Origin: a virus
IMG/VR virus record: IMGVR_UViG_3300030616_000506
Coordinates: 1 to 64,000 of that record
Strand: one strand, 5' to 3'
Length of the DNA: 64,000 nucleotides
The position numbers were made by a program, and so were the translations under genes. The notes below the pieces were generated by a model. The model saw only the letters and a list, made by a program, of their open reading frames with translations. It did not search any database and was not told the DNA's origin. This document shows positions 37,704 through 48,288 of this stretch, in pieces; the stretch's first letter is position 1; the number at the start of each line of letters is the position of its first letter.

Positions 37704-40700
37704 TGGTTAGTACATATTCGGTAATATTTAATTCTGGTCAGGGAACTCAATTTGAGTATGAGCCTGGTGGAAATGTAGATTATTTTACCATAACTAATTC
37801 AGATCAATCTTATTATCAAAATGCATCTTTAAGAATTCATAATTTATCTACTGATAATGAAGGTTATCTAGACTTAAATAATACATTAAAGATATATATA
37901 GATAATGAATTGGAATTCGATGGATACGTTAATAGAATACAGAAATCTTTAGAAGGGGTTAGAGTATATGATATTCAAGCTATAGGTAGAACGTACGATC
38001 TCTGGAGATTTATAACTTCTTCTAATACTAAATATAACAGCAAATATTCATCTTATATAGTATCATCTCTAGTTCATGATTATTGTTCAGGAAATGGAGT
38101 TTATATATCACCTCCTAAAATAGGTTCTACTTTAGGCTCTTATATTAATGAGATTACTTTTTCTGATATGGAAATAGGGAGTTGTATAGGTAGAATGGCT
38201 CAAATGGATGGTTATAGTTTTTTTGTTGATAGTGATAAGGTATTAAATTATTATCAACCTAAATTATCTCCTCAGTTTACCGTAGATGAAAGTGATGTAA
38301 TAGAGATGTCTCCTCATGAGAAATCAGATGACTCAATGAGGAATTCAATTTTAGTTATAGGATCAGTAGAATATGAGAAATATTCAGAAAATACAGAATC
38401 TCCTGATGGATATTATTACATATCAGGTCATAATAAATCTGATGGAGCTATTAGTGATGCCACTTACATAGCTCAAAGAATGAAGATTCCGAATAATCTT
38501 CATTTTGATAGATTAAGTTCAGTTAAACTTTATGTAGATAGAAGTTCTGGTGATAATACTCCTTATTATTTAAAGGGATCTATTAGAAAAGATGATGATG
38601 GATCTCCATCTAGTAATAGTACTATATTTCCGGTATCAAATGCATTTGTTAGCAGTGATTCCATGAAATTTATTGGTACCGATATTATGTCTCCTCCTGA
38701 TTGGACACCTTATTATTCATATCCAAATCCTGACTCTATAGATATTAGTGGAGGACAGACTATATGGTTAGTATTTAATTATGATGGTGCATCATCAGAT
38801 AAATATTGGAAATTAGCTTATAGTAATTTATCTAATTTATCTTATGGAGAAGATCCAGATGGCAATGGATTAAAAATTACAAATGATCCAAACTTAGTTG
38901 GAACTCTTTCAGCTCCTTATAGTGGTTCTATTCCTTATAAGAAAATGGAGGGTCTTGGAGATAAGAGTTGTGGTAAATGTGGTAATACCTCTTATTGGAT
39001 TGGGGGAGAGTATGGTATATTAGGACCTACTAATAGAATGTACGGAACAACATTTACTGTAGGTACTATTGCTGATAATAGTAGGTATCTTTTATCTGGG
39101 GTATCTATATATTGCTTTATATCTGGTCTAAATGGAGATGAAATTATAAAGCAGGTTATATATACTTTGGATGATGATGATAAACCTAAGGATGTATTAA
39201 TAACAAAATCCTTAGCAGTAGGAGAGGGGGATGTTATGCCATCTGGAGGAATAAATGATGCAGATTGGTTTTGGTTTCCCTTTAGTACTAATACATATCT
39301 TGAGGGTGGTAGGAAATATGCTTTAGTTTATAGTGGACAAACTAGTGGTTCAACTGCTGCATATACATTTGCTGAAGATAGAGCTTTTAATATTCCTGTA
39401 AGTAGCTCTTTTTCAGATCCATATGTAGGTGGTAAGTTATATAGAATAAATAGTGCACAAGATTCTAATACAGGAGAATTGGATTCTACTTATATATACT
39501 TTAATATATCCAGTACCGCTTATCCATATAACTATGGAAGTATAGATTATGACTCTTCTCATGAGCACATAATTTTCCATGTATCATCAGTAGGATTATC
39601 TCCTCAGGATGGATATACTTCAGGATCTATAAGATATAAAGAGTTCGGTATTACTGGTGGAGGTATAACTACTGATTTGGGAGAATTTATTATATCCTGC
39701 AATATAGAGAACTATACTGGAGGTAATTATACTAGTCAACCTAAAAGTGATGCATATGAAAAATATCATTCTAAATTAATATTTGGTTTATTTGATCCTA
39801 CCTCACCAGGTGGGAATGATTATAATCCAACAATGGGATTTGAATTTAATTTGGATTTATCTAGTCAAAGAAAATTAATTTATAATGAAACTACAACAGT
39901 TGGTACACAAGGATTTTATGGAGCTTATTGGCATGCACAAACATTTACATCTGATTTTCCATTTATCTTAACGGATCTATATTCTTATACAAAAAAGATG
40001 TTGGGTGGTACTATAACTTTTTGGGCATTCATAGAAAAAACAGATGCGAGTCATCATCCTGATGGTAATCCATTAGCTTCTGGATCTGTTACTACAAGTA
40101 ATGGAAATTTCTTATTTCATAGACATAATATGAATAATAATATTTATATTAGTGCTAATATGGAATATGCTATAGTATTAAAGTGTGAACATGGAGATAC
40201 TTCTAATTGTCCAGCTTATGGCAAAAATATAAATGTATCTAATCCATATGAAGATGGTAGTTGTTATGTAACTACTGATGGTGGATCATCATGGCAGCTT
40301 TATACAAGTTGGGCTAGTTGGCCAGCATCTTATGATGATATGCCCTTCAAGTTGTATGGTTTTGTTGATAAAGCTGTTAGACCAGTATTATGTACTAATA
40401 TAGATGATAGTACACCACAAAATCCTCAATATGTAACAGGAGATTGGTTTGCTACTGGAGCTAAAACTTACAAATGCCAGTTAGATGGATCTAATTTTTT
40501 ATTTTATATTGATGGAAGTTTAAAACAAACTTGGGATGTCTCTAATGTAACATTAAATGGTAATTATAAATTTGGAGCTGGTAATGAATATGATTGGAGT
40601 GGTTTTAGATTTATATTAGTTGATGGAGCTGGTTGTAAATATAGTTCAGGAACTATAGGAGAGATAAGTGGTAATATAAAATATATAAGTGTTCCAGCTA

Positions 40701-41155
40701 CAGATTTAATTTTATCTCGATCAACTGATTCAGGTCAAACTTGGACTAATGACTCCTCAAAACATCTGCTATATTCTATAGGATGGAATTATGATAATGT
40801 AAGAGGAGAGGCAGAATCTGATACTATAGATAAATATGGAAAACATTTTTATAAAGTTAATGAAAATTTATTAAATACATACGTTGATTGTGAAAATTAT
40901 GCAGAAAGATTAATGGATACCTATCAAAGTGGAATATCTACTGGAGAAATAACTATAGATGGAAGAACGGATGTAGATATAAAGACTAAATTTAGATACA
41001 GTGGTACAAATCTAGATCTAAAGGATAAATTTGTTATATCTCAATATGAGCAGATATTTGATAAAGATGGATTCAGAACTAAAATAATATATGGAGAAGC
41101 TCCTTATGATATAGCCAGAAAGGTGGCTAACCTAGAATCTGAGGTGTATGAATAA
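37703..41155 (+). CDS. Baseplate hub/tail-tip protein with inserted beta-sandwich domains
   Basis: Follows TMP. N-terminal FDGYV, FFVD...LNY and NSILVIG; C-terminal IDKYGK...G.ITIDG hub pattern. Confidence 0.7.
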   Translation: MVSTYSVIFNSGQGTQFEYEPGGNVDYFTITNSDQSYYQNASLRIHNLSTDNEGYLDLNNTLKIYIDNELEFDGYVNRIQKSLEGVRVYDIQAIGRTYDLWRFITSSNTKYNSKYSSYIVSSLVHDYCSGNGVYISPPKIGSTLGSYINEITFSDMEIGSCIGRMAQMDGYSFFVDSDKVLNYYQPKLSPQFTVDESDVIEMSPHEKSDDSMRNSILVIGSVEYEKYSENTESPDGYYYISGHNKSDGAISDATYIAQRMKIPNNLHFDRLSSVKLYVDRSSGDNTPYYLKGSIRKDDDGSPSSNSTIFPVSNAFVSSDSMKFIGTDIMSPPDWTPYYSYPNPDSIDISGGQTIWLVFNYDGASSDKYWKLAYSNLSNLSYGEDPDGNGLKITNDPNLVGTLSAPYSGSIPYKKMEGLGDKSCGKCGNTSYWIGGEYGILGPTNRMYGTTFTVGTIADNSRYLLSGVSIYCFISGLNGDEIIKQVIYTLDDDDKPKDVLITKSLAVGEGDVMPSGGINDADWFWFPFSTNTYLEGGRKYALVYSGQTSGSTAAYTFAEDRAFNIPVSSSFSDPYVGGKLYRINSAQDSNTGELDSTYIYFNISSTAYPYNYGSIDYDSSHEHIIFHVSSVGLSPQDGYTSGSIRYKEFGITGGGITTDLGEFIISCNIENYTGGNYTSQPKSDAYEKYHSKLIFGLFDPTSPGGNDYNPTMGFEFNLDLSSQRKLIYNETTTVGTQGFYGAYWHAQTFTSDFPFILTDLYSYTKKMLGGTITFWAFIEKTDASHHPDGNPLASGSVTTSNGNFLFHRHNMNNNIYISANMEYAIVLKCEHGDTSNCPAYGKNINVSNPYEDGSCYVTTDGGSSWQLYTSWASWPASYDDMPFKLYGFVDKAVRPVLCTNIDDSTPQNPQYVTGDWFATGAKTYKCQLDGSNFLFYIDGSLKQTWDVSNVTLNGNYKFGAGNEYDWSGFRFILVDGAGCKYSSGTIGEISGNIKYISVPATDLILSRSTDSGQTWTNDSSKHLLYSIGWNYDNVRGEAESDTIDKYGKHFYKVNENLLNTYVDCENYAERLMDTYQSGISTGEITIDGRTDVDIKTKFRYSGTNLDLKDKFVISQYEQIFDKDGFRTKIIYGEAPYDIARKVANLESEVYE

Positions 41156-41562
41156 TGGGAACTTATACTGATGGTCATGGTTTGAAGATTTATTTTTCTG
41201 GAGTTGCATATCCTAATCATTATATAGAATGTTGGTGTAAGAGATGGGATGAAAATGATTATGATATTATTATTGAAACTTTTTTAAGCTCTGGTGCTAG
41301 GGATGCCCTATTTAGTAATGTAGTTCCTGGATCTCTAAGAGAATATAGCAATTCTTTAGGATGGGTAATTAATTTAGATGGTACATTCTCAAGATCATCT
41401 AATACCTTAATATTTGAACCTCAACATGGATATGGTATATCTAGTTTGAGATCTAGAAAAATAGGTATAGTTAAAAATATTTCAGATACCTTTATAAATT
41501 CAAATAAATTTGATGTAAAAATAGAATCTAAGTGGAAAAGATCTTGGAGTGATTTCTCTTGA
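41155..41562 (+). CDS. Distal-tail-like protein, paralogue 1
   Basis: YIECWCKRWD...IIIET motif shared with 41559 and 48289. Confidence 0.5.
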   Translation: MGTYTDGHGLKIYFSGVAYPNHYIECWCKRWDENDYDIIIETFLSSGARDALFSNVVPGSLREYSNSLGWVINLDGTFSRSSNTLIFEPQHGYGISSLRSRKIGIVKNISDTFINSNKFDVKIESKWKRSWSDFS

Positions 41563-41939
41563 ATGATTTAATAATTAGTGGTAACTCTTGTTACATAAAG
41601 TGTAAATGCTCTAGATGGGATGTACAAAACTATAATGTTATTATAGAAACTTGGCTAAATAAATCCAATTATGAAGATTTAAGGGATAGTGTAAGACCGG
41701 GTGCAGTAGGAGAGTTATATAATATTCTAGGTAGACCTAGATACTACGATAAATCTTGGAGATCCTATAATACTTTATGGATATATCCTGACACTACAAG
41801 TAATTCTAATTTAAAGAATATGAGGGATGGTAATACTTTGATATATGTTAAGAATATTAATAGTTCACCGGTTGCTGGTGCATCTGGTTGGATAAATATT
41901 AAAATTGAAGGAATGATTAGCGGACAAGGTGCTTTATAA
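41559..41939 (+). CDS. Distal-tail-like protein, paralogue 2
   Basis: CKCSRWDVQNYNVIIETW...RPGAVGELYNILGRPRYYDK. Confidence 0.5.
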   Translation: MNDLIISGNSCYIKCKCSRWDVQNYNVIIETWLNKSNYEDLRDSVRPGAVGELYNILGRPRYYDKSWRSYNTLWIYPDTTSNSNLKNMRDGNTLIYVKNINSSPVAGASGWINIKIEGMISGQGAL

Positions 41940-42025
41940 TGTCAGGTATTGAAGTTATAGGACCATCTCATAAATATATTAAAACTAATAAATCCCCTTA
42001 CAAAAAACTTATAGAGGTAGTATAA
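41939..42025 (+). CDS. 28-aa mini-ORF coupled by TAATG overlaps at both ends
   Basis: MSGIEVIGPSHKYIKTNKSPYKKLIEVV*. Confidence 0.4.
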   Translation: MSGIEVIGPSHKYIKTNKSPYKKLIEVV

Positions 42026-42615
42026 TGAAAGAAAAACTATATGAATATAATGATTTAGGTGCGATGGTAATTCCTGCATATTTATCTGGAAGTAAATGGT
42101 GGGGTCAAACTATAACCATAGGAAATGTAGGTACAAATGAAGACCATTATCTTACTGCATTAAAAATAACATTCCAAAAAAACAGTAATCCAAATGGAGA
42201 TTGTACTATTAGTGTTAGAAATGTTGATGGAGATGGATTACCAACTGGTGATGATTTAACTTCCACATCACTTAGCTGTAGTGATTTTCCAACTGATAAT
42301 AATGTATCAACTAAATTGGAATTTGATAATAATATAAAATTAAAGAAGGATACATCTTATGCCTTTATATTTAGAGCTCCAGAAGCAGATACCTCAAATA
42401 ATTTAAATATGGCATATAAACCAGCTGACTATGGTGGAGGGTGTTTTTTAGAATCATCTGATGATGGAGAATCTTGGTCCAAAGTTGACGAGGGTGTATC
42501 TGATACTGAATTTTGGGAATATGGAACTGTAGGATATGAAACAAAATTCATCAAAGTTCCAGGAAAGAAAATTAAATTTAATAAAGTTTCTAATAAAGGA
42601 TTTAAAATAGGATAA
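42025..42615 (+). CDS. Beta-sandwich tail/receptor-binding-like protein
   Basis: WGQT...YAFIF...S.DDGESW domain also seen within the hub protein; basic C-terminal tail. Confidence 0.5.
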   Translation: MKEKLYEYNDLGAMVIPAYLSGSKWWGQTITIGNVGTNEDHYLTALKITFQKNSNPNGDCTISVRNVDGDGLPTGDDLTSTSLSCSDFPTDNNVSTKLEFDNNIKLKKDTSYAFIFRAPEADTSNNLNMAYKPADYGGGCFLESSDDGESWSKVDEGVSDTEFWEYGTVGYETKFIKVPGKKIKFNKVSNKGFKIG

Positions 42616-42666
42616 AATTATGTTGGATTCAATTGAAATTTATATATCAGGAACAGGTGCTTTATA

Positions 42667-43755
42667 ATGCCAGATGCATATGAATACTTTACGGCACCAG
42701 CAAACTCCTTTGGAATAAAGGAAGCTAAATTTATTAAGTGGCCATATTTCTGGAATCTCCTTCACAATAATGCTGTATGGCAAATGGAGGGATGGAATCC
42801 AGTAACTGAAGAGTGGCAGGATAACTATGAAGGTACTAATCTAAATAACTGGTTAGATATAGATTTAGCACCAAATGAAGATGGATCTCAGGAAAAGATT
42901 ACTTTATCCTTTACATCTCCTTATACAACCAAATATAGATTTGGATTTGCATTCAATCTTAGAGTTAAACAATACATAGATAATAGTGGTAATCATCAAT
43001 ATACTCTCACTATCCCTACATCTGATGATGAAGAGGATGAAGAGTATGAGATAATATTTGATTGGTCTGATGTAGTTCCCTTAATACAGACTGGAACTAT
43101 TACAGTAACTCATGGTATTAAAGAAGTTGGTGGTAAGAATTATTTCTGGGTAAAATTAACAGGAACTAGTAATTTAGCTGAAGGAAATACATTTGTTATT
43201 GATCCTTGGTTTGGTAGTCAAGCAGAAGGAGGAACTATTGCTAGTATAGAGGATACTTTATATTCATCTTATGTTCAGATGGCTGCTGTAGATTCTATTG
43301 CTAATAGTATTACAGTACGTATAGCTACTGGAACATATGCTAAGGGAGTTAAATGTGCAATTTATGACTCTTCTCTTAATAAAATAGCTGAGACAGAGAG
43401 CATTAGTGCATTGAGGGATATTGATTGGTATACTTTTGAATTTGATATACCACCTGAATTAACGGCTAGTGCTTGGTATTATATTTGTGTTCTTGGGGAC
43501 GGTGGCTCTGGTAATAATTATGGTTATTATGCAACAAGTGGTGGTTGGGGAGTTTGGTCAGAATCTGAAAGTTATCCAACTATTCCTGCAACACTTGGGA
43601 AGGATTCAGAAAAAGATTCAAATGGCATTTTTAATATTTATTGTACTTATACTGAAATTAGTGGAGAAGAAACTTCTCCAGTCAAAGTAAATAAAGTTCA
43701 AGGTAAATTTGTTAAATTAAATAAAGTTAGTGGTAGAAAAATTAAAATAGGATAA
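42667..43755 (+). CDS. Tail-associated beta-rich protein
   Basis: FVIDP.FG linker and KCAIYD; C-terminal tail homologous to 42025..42615. Confidence 0.5.
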   Translation: MPDAYEYFTAPANSFGIKEAKFIKWPYFWNLLHNNAVWQMEGWNPVTEEWQDNYEGTNLNNWLDIDLAPNEDGSQEKITLSFTSPYTTKYRFGFAFNLRVKQYIDNSGNHQYTLTIPTSDDEEDEEYEIIFDWSDVVPLIQTGTITVTHGIKEVGGKNYFWVKLTGTSNLAEGNTFVIDPWFGSQAEGGTIASIEDTLYSSYVQMAAVDSIANSITVRIATGTYAKGVKCAIYDSSLNKIAETESISALRDIDWYTFEFDIPPELTASAWYYICVLGDGGSGNNYGYYATSGGWGVWSESESYPTIPATLGKDSEKDSNGIFNIYCTYTEISGEETSPVKVNKVQGKFVKLNKVSGRKIKIG

Positions 43756-43805
43756 AATTATGATGGATTCATTGGATAAAATATTTTAAGAATAGAGGTA
43801 ATTAA

Positions 43806-46541
43806 ATGGCAAGTACATGGTATTCTAGTATGAGCTCTGGATCGGTGATCCACTATACTAATTGGAATAATATGGTTGATACCATATGGTGTCAAGGTGG
43901 TATTAGCGGAAGCTATGTTGGCCACTCAAGTAATACTACTACTGCTCATGGATTAGATTCCTATGCAGGCAATACTAGTCTAGTAACTCTAGGTACTGTA
44001 ACTACAGGTACTTGGAATGGTACTGCTGTTGATAGTAATTATATAACATTAGCATCTGGTGAACAATATCATTCTGCTTATATGTCGGGTAGTAAGTACA
44101 CTAATGCTTATCTATCAGGTCATTATTATACTAGAGCTTATCAAAGTGCTCAGATTGCATCTTATGGTACATCTGATGTTGATATGAGTAATCTAATAGC
44201 TAGTACAAATGCAATAACTAGATTTGCAGATTCATCTTCTATACAAACTAAATTTTTATTAAGTGGAGAAACCTTAAATGCTATATCTGCTAATAGAATA
44301 TGGGCTGGTACCGGTTATATTTCTGCACAAACTGGTATATATGCTTATTTTATATCAGCCGAAAACACTAATTTAACAGGAACTGGTATATCTGATATAG
44401 TTGAGGATACCACTCCACAACTTGGAGGTGATTTGGATGCTAATTTAAAATCCATATACAATGCAACTAGTATATCAAGTTCATCAATATCTGGAGGTTC
44501 AATAATAACTAATTCTATAGGAATAGGTACAATAAATCCATCTGCATCTATTCATATAAGATATGGATATGCTCAAGGATTACCAGTTTTAGGTACTGAT
44601 GCTAATAAAGGTTTATTAATTCAAAATAATACTGATGGAACTTCTATTGCCTCTATGACTTTAATAGGAGGTGATGGAGCTGATGCTGGTGGTGGTGCTG
44701 CAAAAATACAATTCGGTGATAATGGAAATGATGATCAGGGATATATTACTTATGAGAATGCTACAAATTCATTTAAAATAGGTGCTAATCACGGTACTAG
44801 ATTAGTCTTATCTGGCAGTAAATTATATGTAGGTGGATCAAATACAGCTTCTTATCCACTACAAGTAAATGGCTCCACATATTCCACTGCATATTCAGGT
44901 GGTGTATATGGAGATGATGCAGATCATATATTCAAAAAAGCAGGAAATCAAATATTTAAGATAAACCAAGAAGCTAATGCATATAATCACACTAATTTAT
45001 ATGGATCTGATGATACTGGAGAATTTTTATATATATATGCTAATACTAAGGATGGTTACCCTAAAATACAACTTCAAGGAAGTGGAGGTACCTATATATG
45101 GCTGAAGTCTGGAGCAGCTTCTAGAGGTCTTTATATAGCAGATGATCTTAGAGGTCAATTAATTAGAATACATGCTACTGGAGGAACTACCGATACAACT
45201 AATAAAATAATAGGTGTTGGAACTGCTGATAGACTCTTTATAGGAGGAGCTAATAAATCTTCTCCCTATATATTAATTGGTAAAAATGAAGCAAGCGAAG
45301 GTATAGAATATAATGCTGAAGGAGATCACATCTTTAAAGTTGATGGAAATAATAGATTCAAAATAGATGATGTATATATATCAACATCTACTGGTTTATA
45401 TGCAGACTGGATCTCTGGTAATAATAGTAATTTATCAATGGCTCCTGGTGGCTCAGAGGGTCAAATACAATATAATAATACTACTATGGGAGGAGCTGAC
45501 GCTTTATACTGGGATGATACAACAAATAGATTAGGTGTTGGAACTGCAAATCCATCAGCTGCAGTTCATATAGCTAGTGGAACTGCAGAGGGATTAACCG
45601 GTTTGGCTGGAAGACAAACTGGTTTATTAATACAATCTAATGAAGATGCATCTAAAAAAGCTTATATTACTTTAATTGGTGGTGATGGAGCCGGAGGAGG
45701 AGCAGGTGGTGGATCCATAGAATTTGGTGATAGTGATAGTATATCTCAGGGATCTATAACTTATGCTAATGCAGATGATGAAATGAATTTTAGTGCTGAT
45801 AATGTTAACAGTATGAATTTAGCAAAACAAAAATTATATGTTGGTGGAGCAGTCACACCAAATTATACTCTACATGTTGGTGGTACTACTCATTCAGTAG
45901 TATATTCAGGTGGGGTATATGGTGATGAAACAGATCATATGTTTAAAAAAGCTGGAAATCAAATACTTAAAATAGATGACTCTGGAGATTATACACTATT
46001 ATATGGTAAAGATGCTACTACTAATAGTTTAAAGATATATGCAAATTCAGTTGATATAAATCCTCATATAGAAGCTCATGGAAGCTCTGGATTTTATGTA
46101 TATATACCATCTGGGTCATCAAATGGATTTTTTATGGTACAACCCAGTGGGGAGGCAAATTCTCAATTATTTAAATTTTATAAAAAGGATGCTGATAGAA
46201 CCTGTTATTTAGAGGGAACAGCAGGTAATCCAGATTATGATATACTGATTAGACCTAGACCTGGAGAACCTAGTATGAGATTAGATACTGTGGATGATAC
46301 AATAGAATTTCAAGTCGGTGGTAATGATAGGTTTAAGATAGATAACACTTATATTTCAACTTCTACAGGTTTGTATGCTTATTGGATATCTACTAATTCT
46401 AATGGTATGATAAGCTCATTTGATGGAGAATCTAATAAAATAGCTGTAGTTAAATCATCTGAAGATAAAATAGTATTTAGAGATATTGTATGTACTAAAA
46501 CTGATGTTGTTGTTGCTAATAATAGTGTTGTAATGGCTTAG
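43806..46541 (+). CDS. Tail fibre protein
   Basis: DIVEDTTPQLGGDLDAN, IGIGTINP/LGVGTANP repeats and GQIQYNN; internal duplication. Confidence 0.75.
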   Translation: MASTWYSSMSSGSVIHYTNWNNMVDTIWCQGGISGSYVGHSSNTTTAHGLDSYAGNTSLVTLGTVTTGTWNGTAVDSNYITLASGEQYHSAYMSGSKYTNAYLSGHYYTRAYQSAQIASYGTSDVDMSNLIASTNAITRFADSSSIQTKFLLSGETLNAISANRIWAGTGYISAQTGIYAYFISAENTNLTGTGISDIVEDTTPQLGGDLDANLKSIYNATSISSSSISGGSIITNSIGIGTINPSASIHIRYGYAQGLPVLGTDANKGLLIQNNTDGTSIASMTLIGGDGADAGGGAAKIQFGDNGNDDQGYITYENATNSFKIGANHGTRLVLSGSKLYVGGSNTASYPLQVNGSTYSTAYSGGVYGDDADHIFKKAGNQIFKINQEANAYNHTNLYGSDDTGEFLYIYANTKDGYPKIQLQGSGGTYIWLKSGAASRGLYIADDLRGQLIRIHATGGTTDTTNKIIGVGTADRLFIGGANKSSPYILIGKNEASEGIEYNAEGDHIFKVDGNNRFKIDDVYISTSTGLYADWISGNNSNLSMAPGGSEGQIQYNNTTMGGADALYWDDTTNRLGVGTANPSAAVHIASGTAEGLTGLAGRQTGLLIQSNEDASKKAYITLIGGDGAGGGAGGGSIEFGDSDSISQGSITYANADDEMNFSADNVNSMNLAKQKLYVGGAVTPNYTLHVGGTTHSVVYSGGVYGDETDHMFKKAGNQILKIDDSGDYTLLYGKDATTNSLKIYANSVDINPHIEAHGSSGFYVYIPSGSSNGFFMVQPSGEANSQLFKFYKKDADRTCYLEGTAGNPDYDILIRPRPGEPSMRLDTVDDTIEFQVGGNDRFKIDNTYISTSTGLYAYWISTNSNGMISSFDGESNKIAVVKSSEDKIVFRDIVCTKTDVVVANNSVVMA

Positions 46542-46674
46542 ATTTAATAAAATTAATAAAGGAGATAATAATTATGAATAATAAAAATAATAAAAGGAAT
46601 GTATATGATGTTTATTTTGGAATTGATAGAATAATGATTTATAATATGGACTTATTAAAAGGAGGTGGCTGATA

Positions 46675-47280
46675 ATGGTTCATCATTCTGGTTTAACTGG
46701 AACTCAACTCCATAATCCTAGAGGTATTCAGTATGCTGATGATATATTAGATTGGGATTCAAATCGTTGGTTTAATTCTGGTATTATATGGAATGGTAGT
46801 TACTGGGTTCCTAAATCAAGTAGTAATACATCAGAAGGAGGATCAGCTACTCTAGATGAATTAACCGATACTAATCTAACTACTCCAGCTAGTGGAGAAA
46901 CTTTAGTATATAAAGCTGATGATGAAAAATGGGAAAATGAGCTTCCATCTCTTACTTATAATGTGGCTAACGTTATACTATATTCAGGACAATATTTAAG
47001 TATGGCTAGATATTCTACTAGTGAATGTACTTATATATGGCAAGCATCTGTTTGTAATTCAGGTGGAGCATCCGTTAGTGGACTAAATATAGAATTATTA
47101 TGTAATGATACTAGTGTTTATAAAACATCATCTGCTATTTTACAGAAAGGATATCCTCTTGATAAAGCTCAACCAGGTGAAATAGAAATTAGAATAATGC
47201 ATTCAGGTGGACATACTTATGGAAGTCAAGAACATCAACTTGAATATGGTATGGGTTTTATGCAAGTATCTGTTTATTAA
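46675..47280 (+). CDS. Fibre-like virion protein
   Basis: LDELTDT...SGETLVY...KWEN fibre motif; GGAGGTG SD. Confidence 0.55.
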   Translation: MVHHSGLTGTQLHNPRGIQYADDILDWDSNRWFNSGIIWNGSYWVPKSSSNTSEGGSATLDELTDTNLTTPASGETLVYKADDEKWENELPSLTYNVANVILYSGQYLSMARYSTSECTYIWQASVCNSGGASVSGLNIELLCNDTSVYKTSSAILQKGYPLDKAQPGEIEIRIMHSGGHTYGSQEHQLEYGMGFMQVSVY

Positions 47281-47295
47281 TCTAGGGAGTAATAT

Positions 47296-47568
47296 ATGAC
47301 TAATATTAATTATCCAGAATCAGTAACTAACAATTATGAGAAAGCAGCTTTTCTTTATAGAGTTCAGGAATTATTGAGATTAGAATTCAATAATAAGGGT
47401 AAACAATATAGAGAGAAGAAAATCTCAGATGAGGATTGGAAATCCTATAAAAAGGAGTGGGATAATAAACATCTAAAGATAGTTAATGCTATGTTAGAAA
47501 TTAGATCTCAACTTCAAAATGATGATAGTTTAGAGGTTGATCTAGAAAATATCTTTACTGGTAAATAA
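47296..47568 (+). CDS. Hypothetical helical protein
   Basis: 90-aa ORF with a GGGAG SD. Confidence 0.55.
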   Translation: MTNINYPESVTNNYEKAAFLYRVQELLRLEFNNKGKQYREKKISDEDWKSYKKEWDNKHLKIVNAMLEIRSQLQNDDSLEVDLENIFTGK

Positions 47569-47570
47569 AT

Positions 47571-48263
47571 ATGCCTATAGAAGATTTTCATAAACTTTAT
47601 GTTGAACTAGATCCTAGTAGTAAAATAACTAAGAGTCACACTAGAGTAACCGCTAATTCTTTACCTAGAAATGAAGTTGCATATGTCTATAAAGACTTTG
47701 GTAAAGATTATTTTAAAGATATTATCCATCTTTTTGAAATATTTATAGGGACATATGATGCTAATTCAGAGTGTGTATTATATGGAGTAGAAAATAACTT
47801 AGGAGATTATGCCCAATGTACAGCTGCAGGTCTTGCTGGGTTCCATGCTTTAATTATAAATACAGAAAATAAGAGATATCTTTATTTTAAGGACAATGAT
47901 TCTCACAGTGATTCTAATGCTACTATTGGAATAAATACCCTTTATTATCCTAAGATAACTAGAGTTGGTACCACAGTTTCAATGGTTATTTATACAGATG
48001 CTGCTAGAACTAATATTCTTGATACTGTATCTATAACTACATCAGCTGAAGGATTGAGATATTTATATCCTTTAATGGGAGATAGTGGAGATCAAGCTGA
48101 TCAAATCTTTAATGGATATTCTCAGAATTATGATTTACAAGAAGGACATCCTTATACAAAGGGAGGAACCTACTTAGGTTCAATGAATTATGGTGATGGA
48201 ACCCATTTGAGATCATCTAATAATGGGAATAAGGATAATCTAATAGGCACTTGTTACCAATAA
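47571..48263 (+). CDS. Lectin/ConA-like beta-sandwich protein (putative)
   Basis: YVYKDFG..YF and LYYPKITRVGTT...IYTDAART. Confidence 0.45.
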   Translation: MPIEDFHKLYVELDPSSKITKSHTRVTANSLPRNEVAYVYKDFGKDYFKDIIHLFEIFIGTYDANSECVLYGVENNLGDYAQCTAAGLAGFHALIINTENKRYLYFKDNDSHSDSNATIGINTLYYPKITRVGTTVSMVIYTDAARTNILDTVSITTSAEGLRYLYPLMGDSGDQADQIFNGYSQNYDLQEGHPYTKGGTYLGSMNYGDGTHLRSSNNGNKDNLIGTCYQ

Positions 48264-48288
48264 CTTTTTATATATATAAGTAATTGAT

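Noticed and set aside
46573-46672. Tiny ORFs after the tail fibre (MNNKNNKR...)
   Set aside because: Under 20 codons and low complexity; cannot be supported despite an SD-like sequence.
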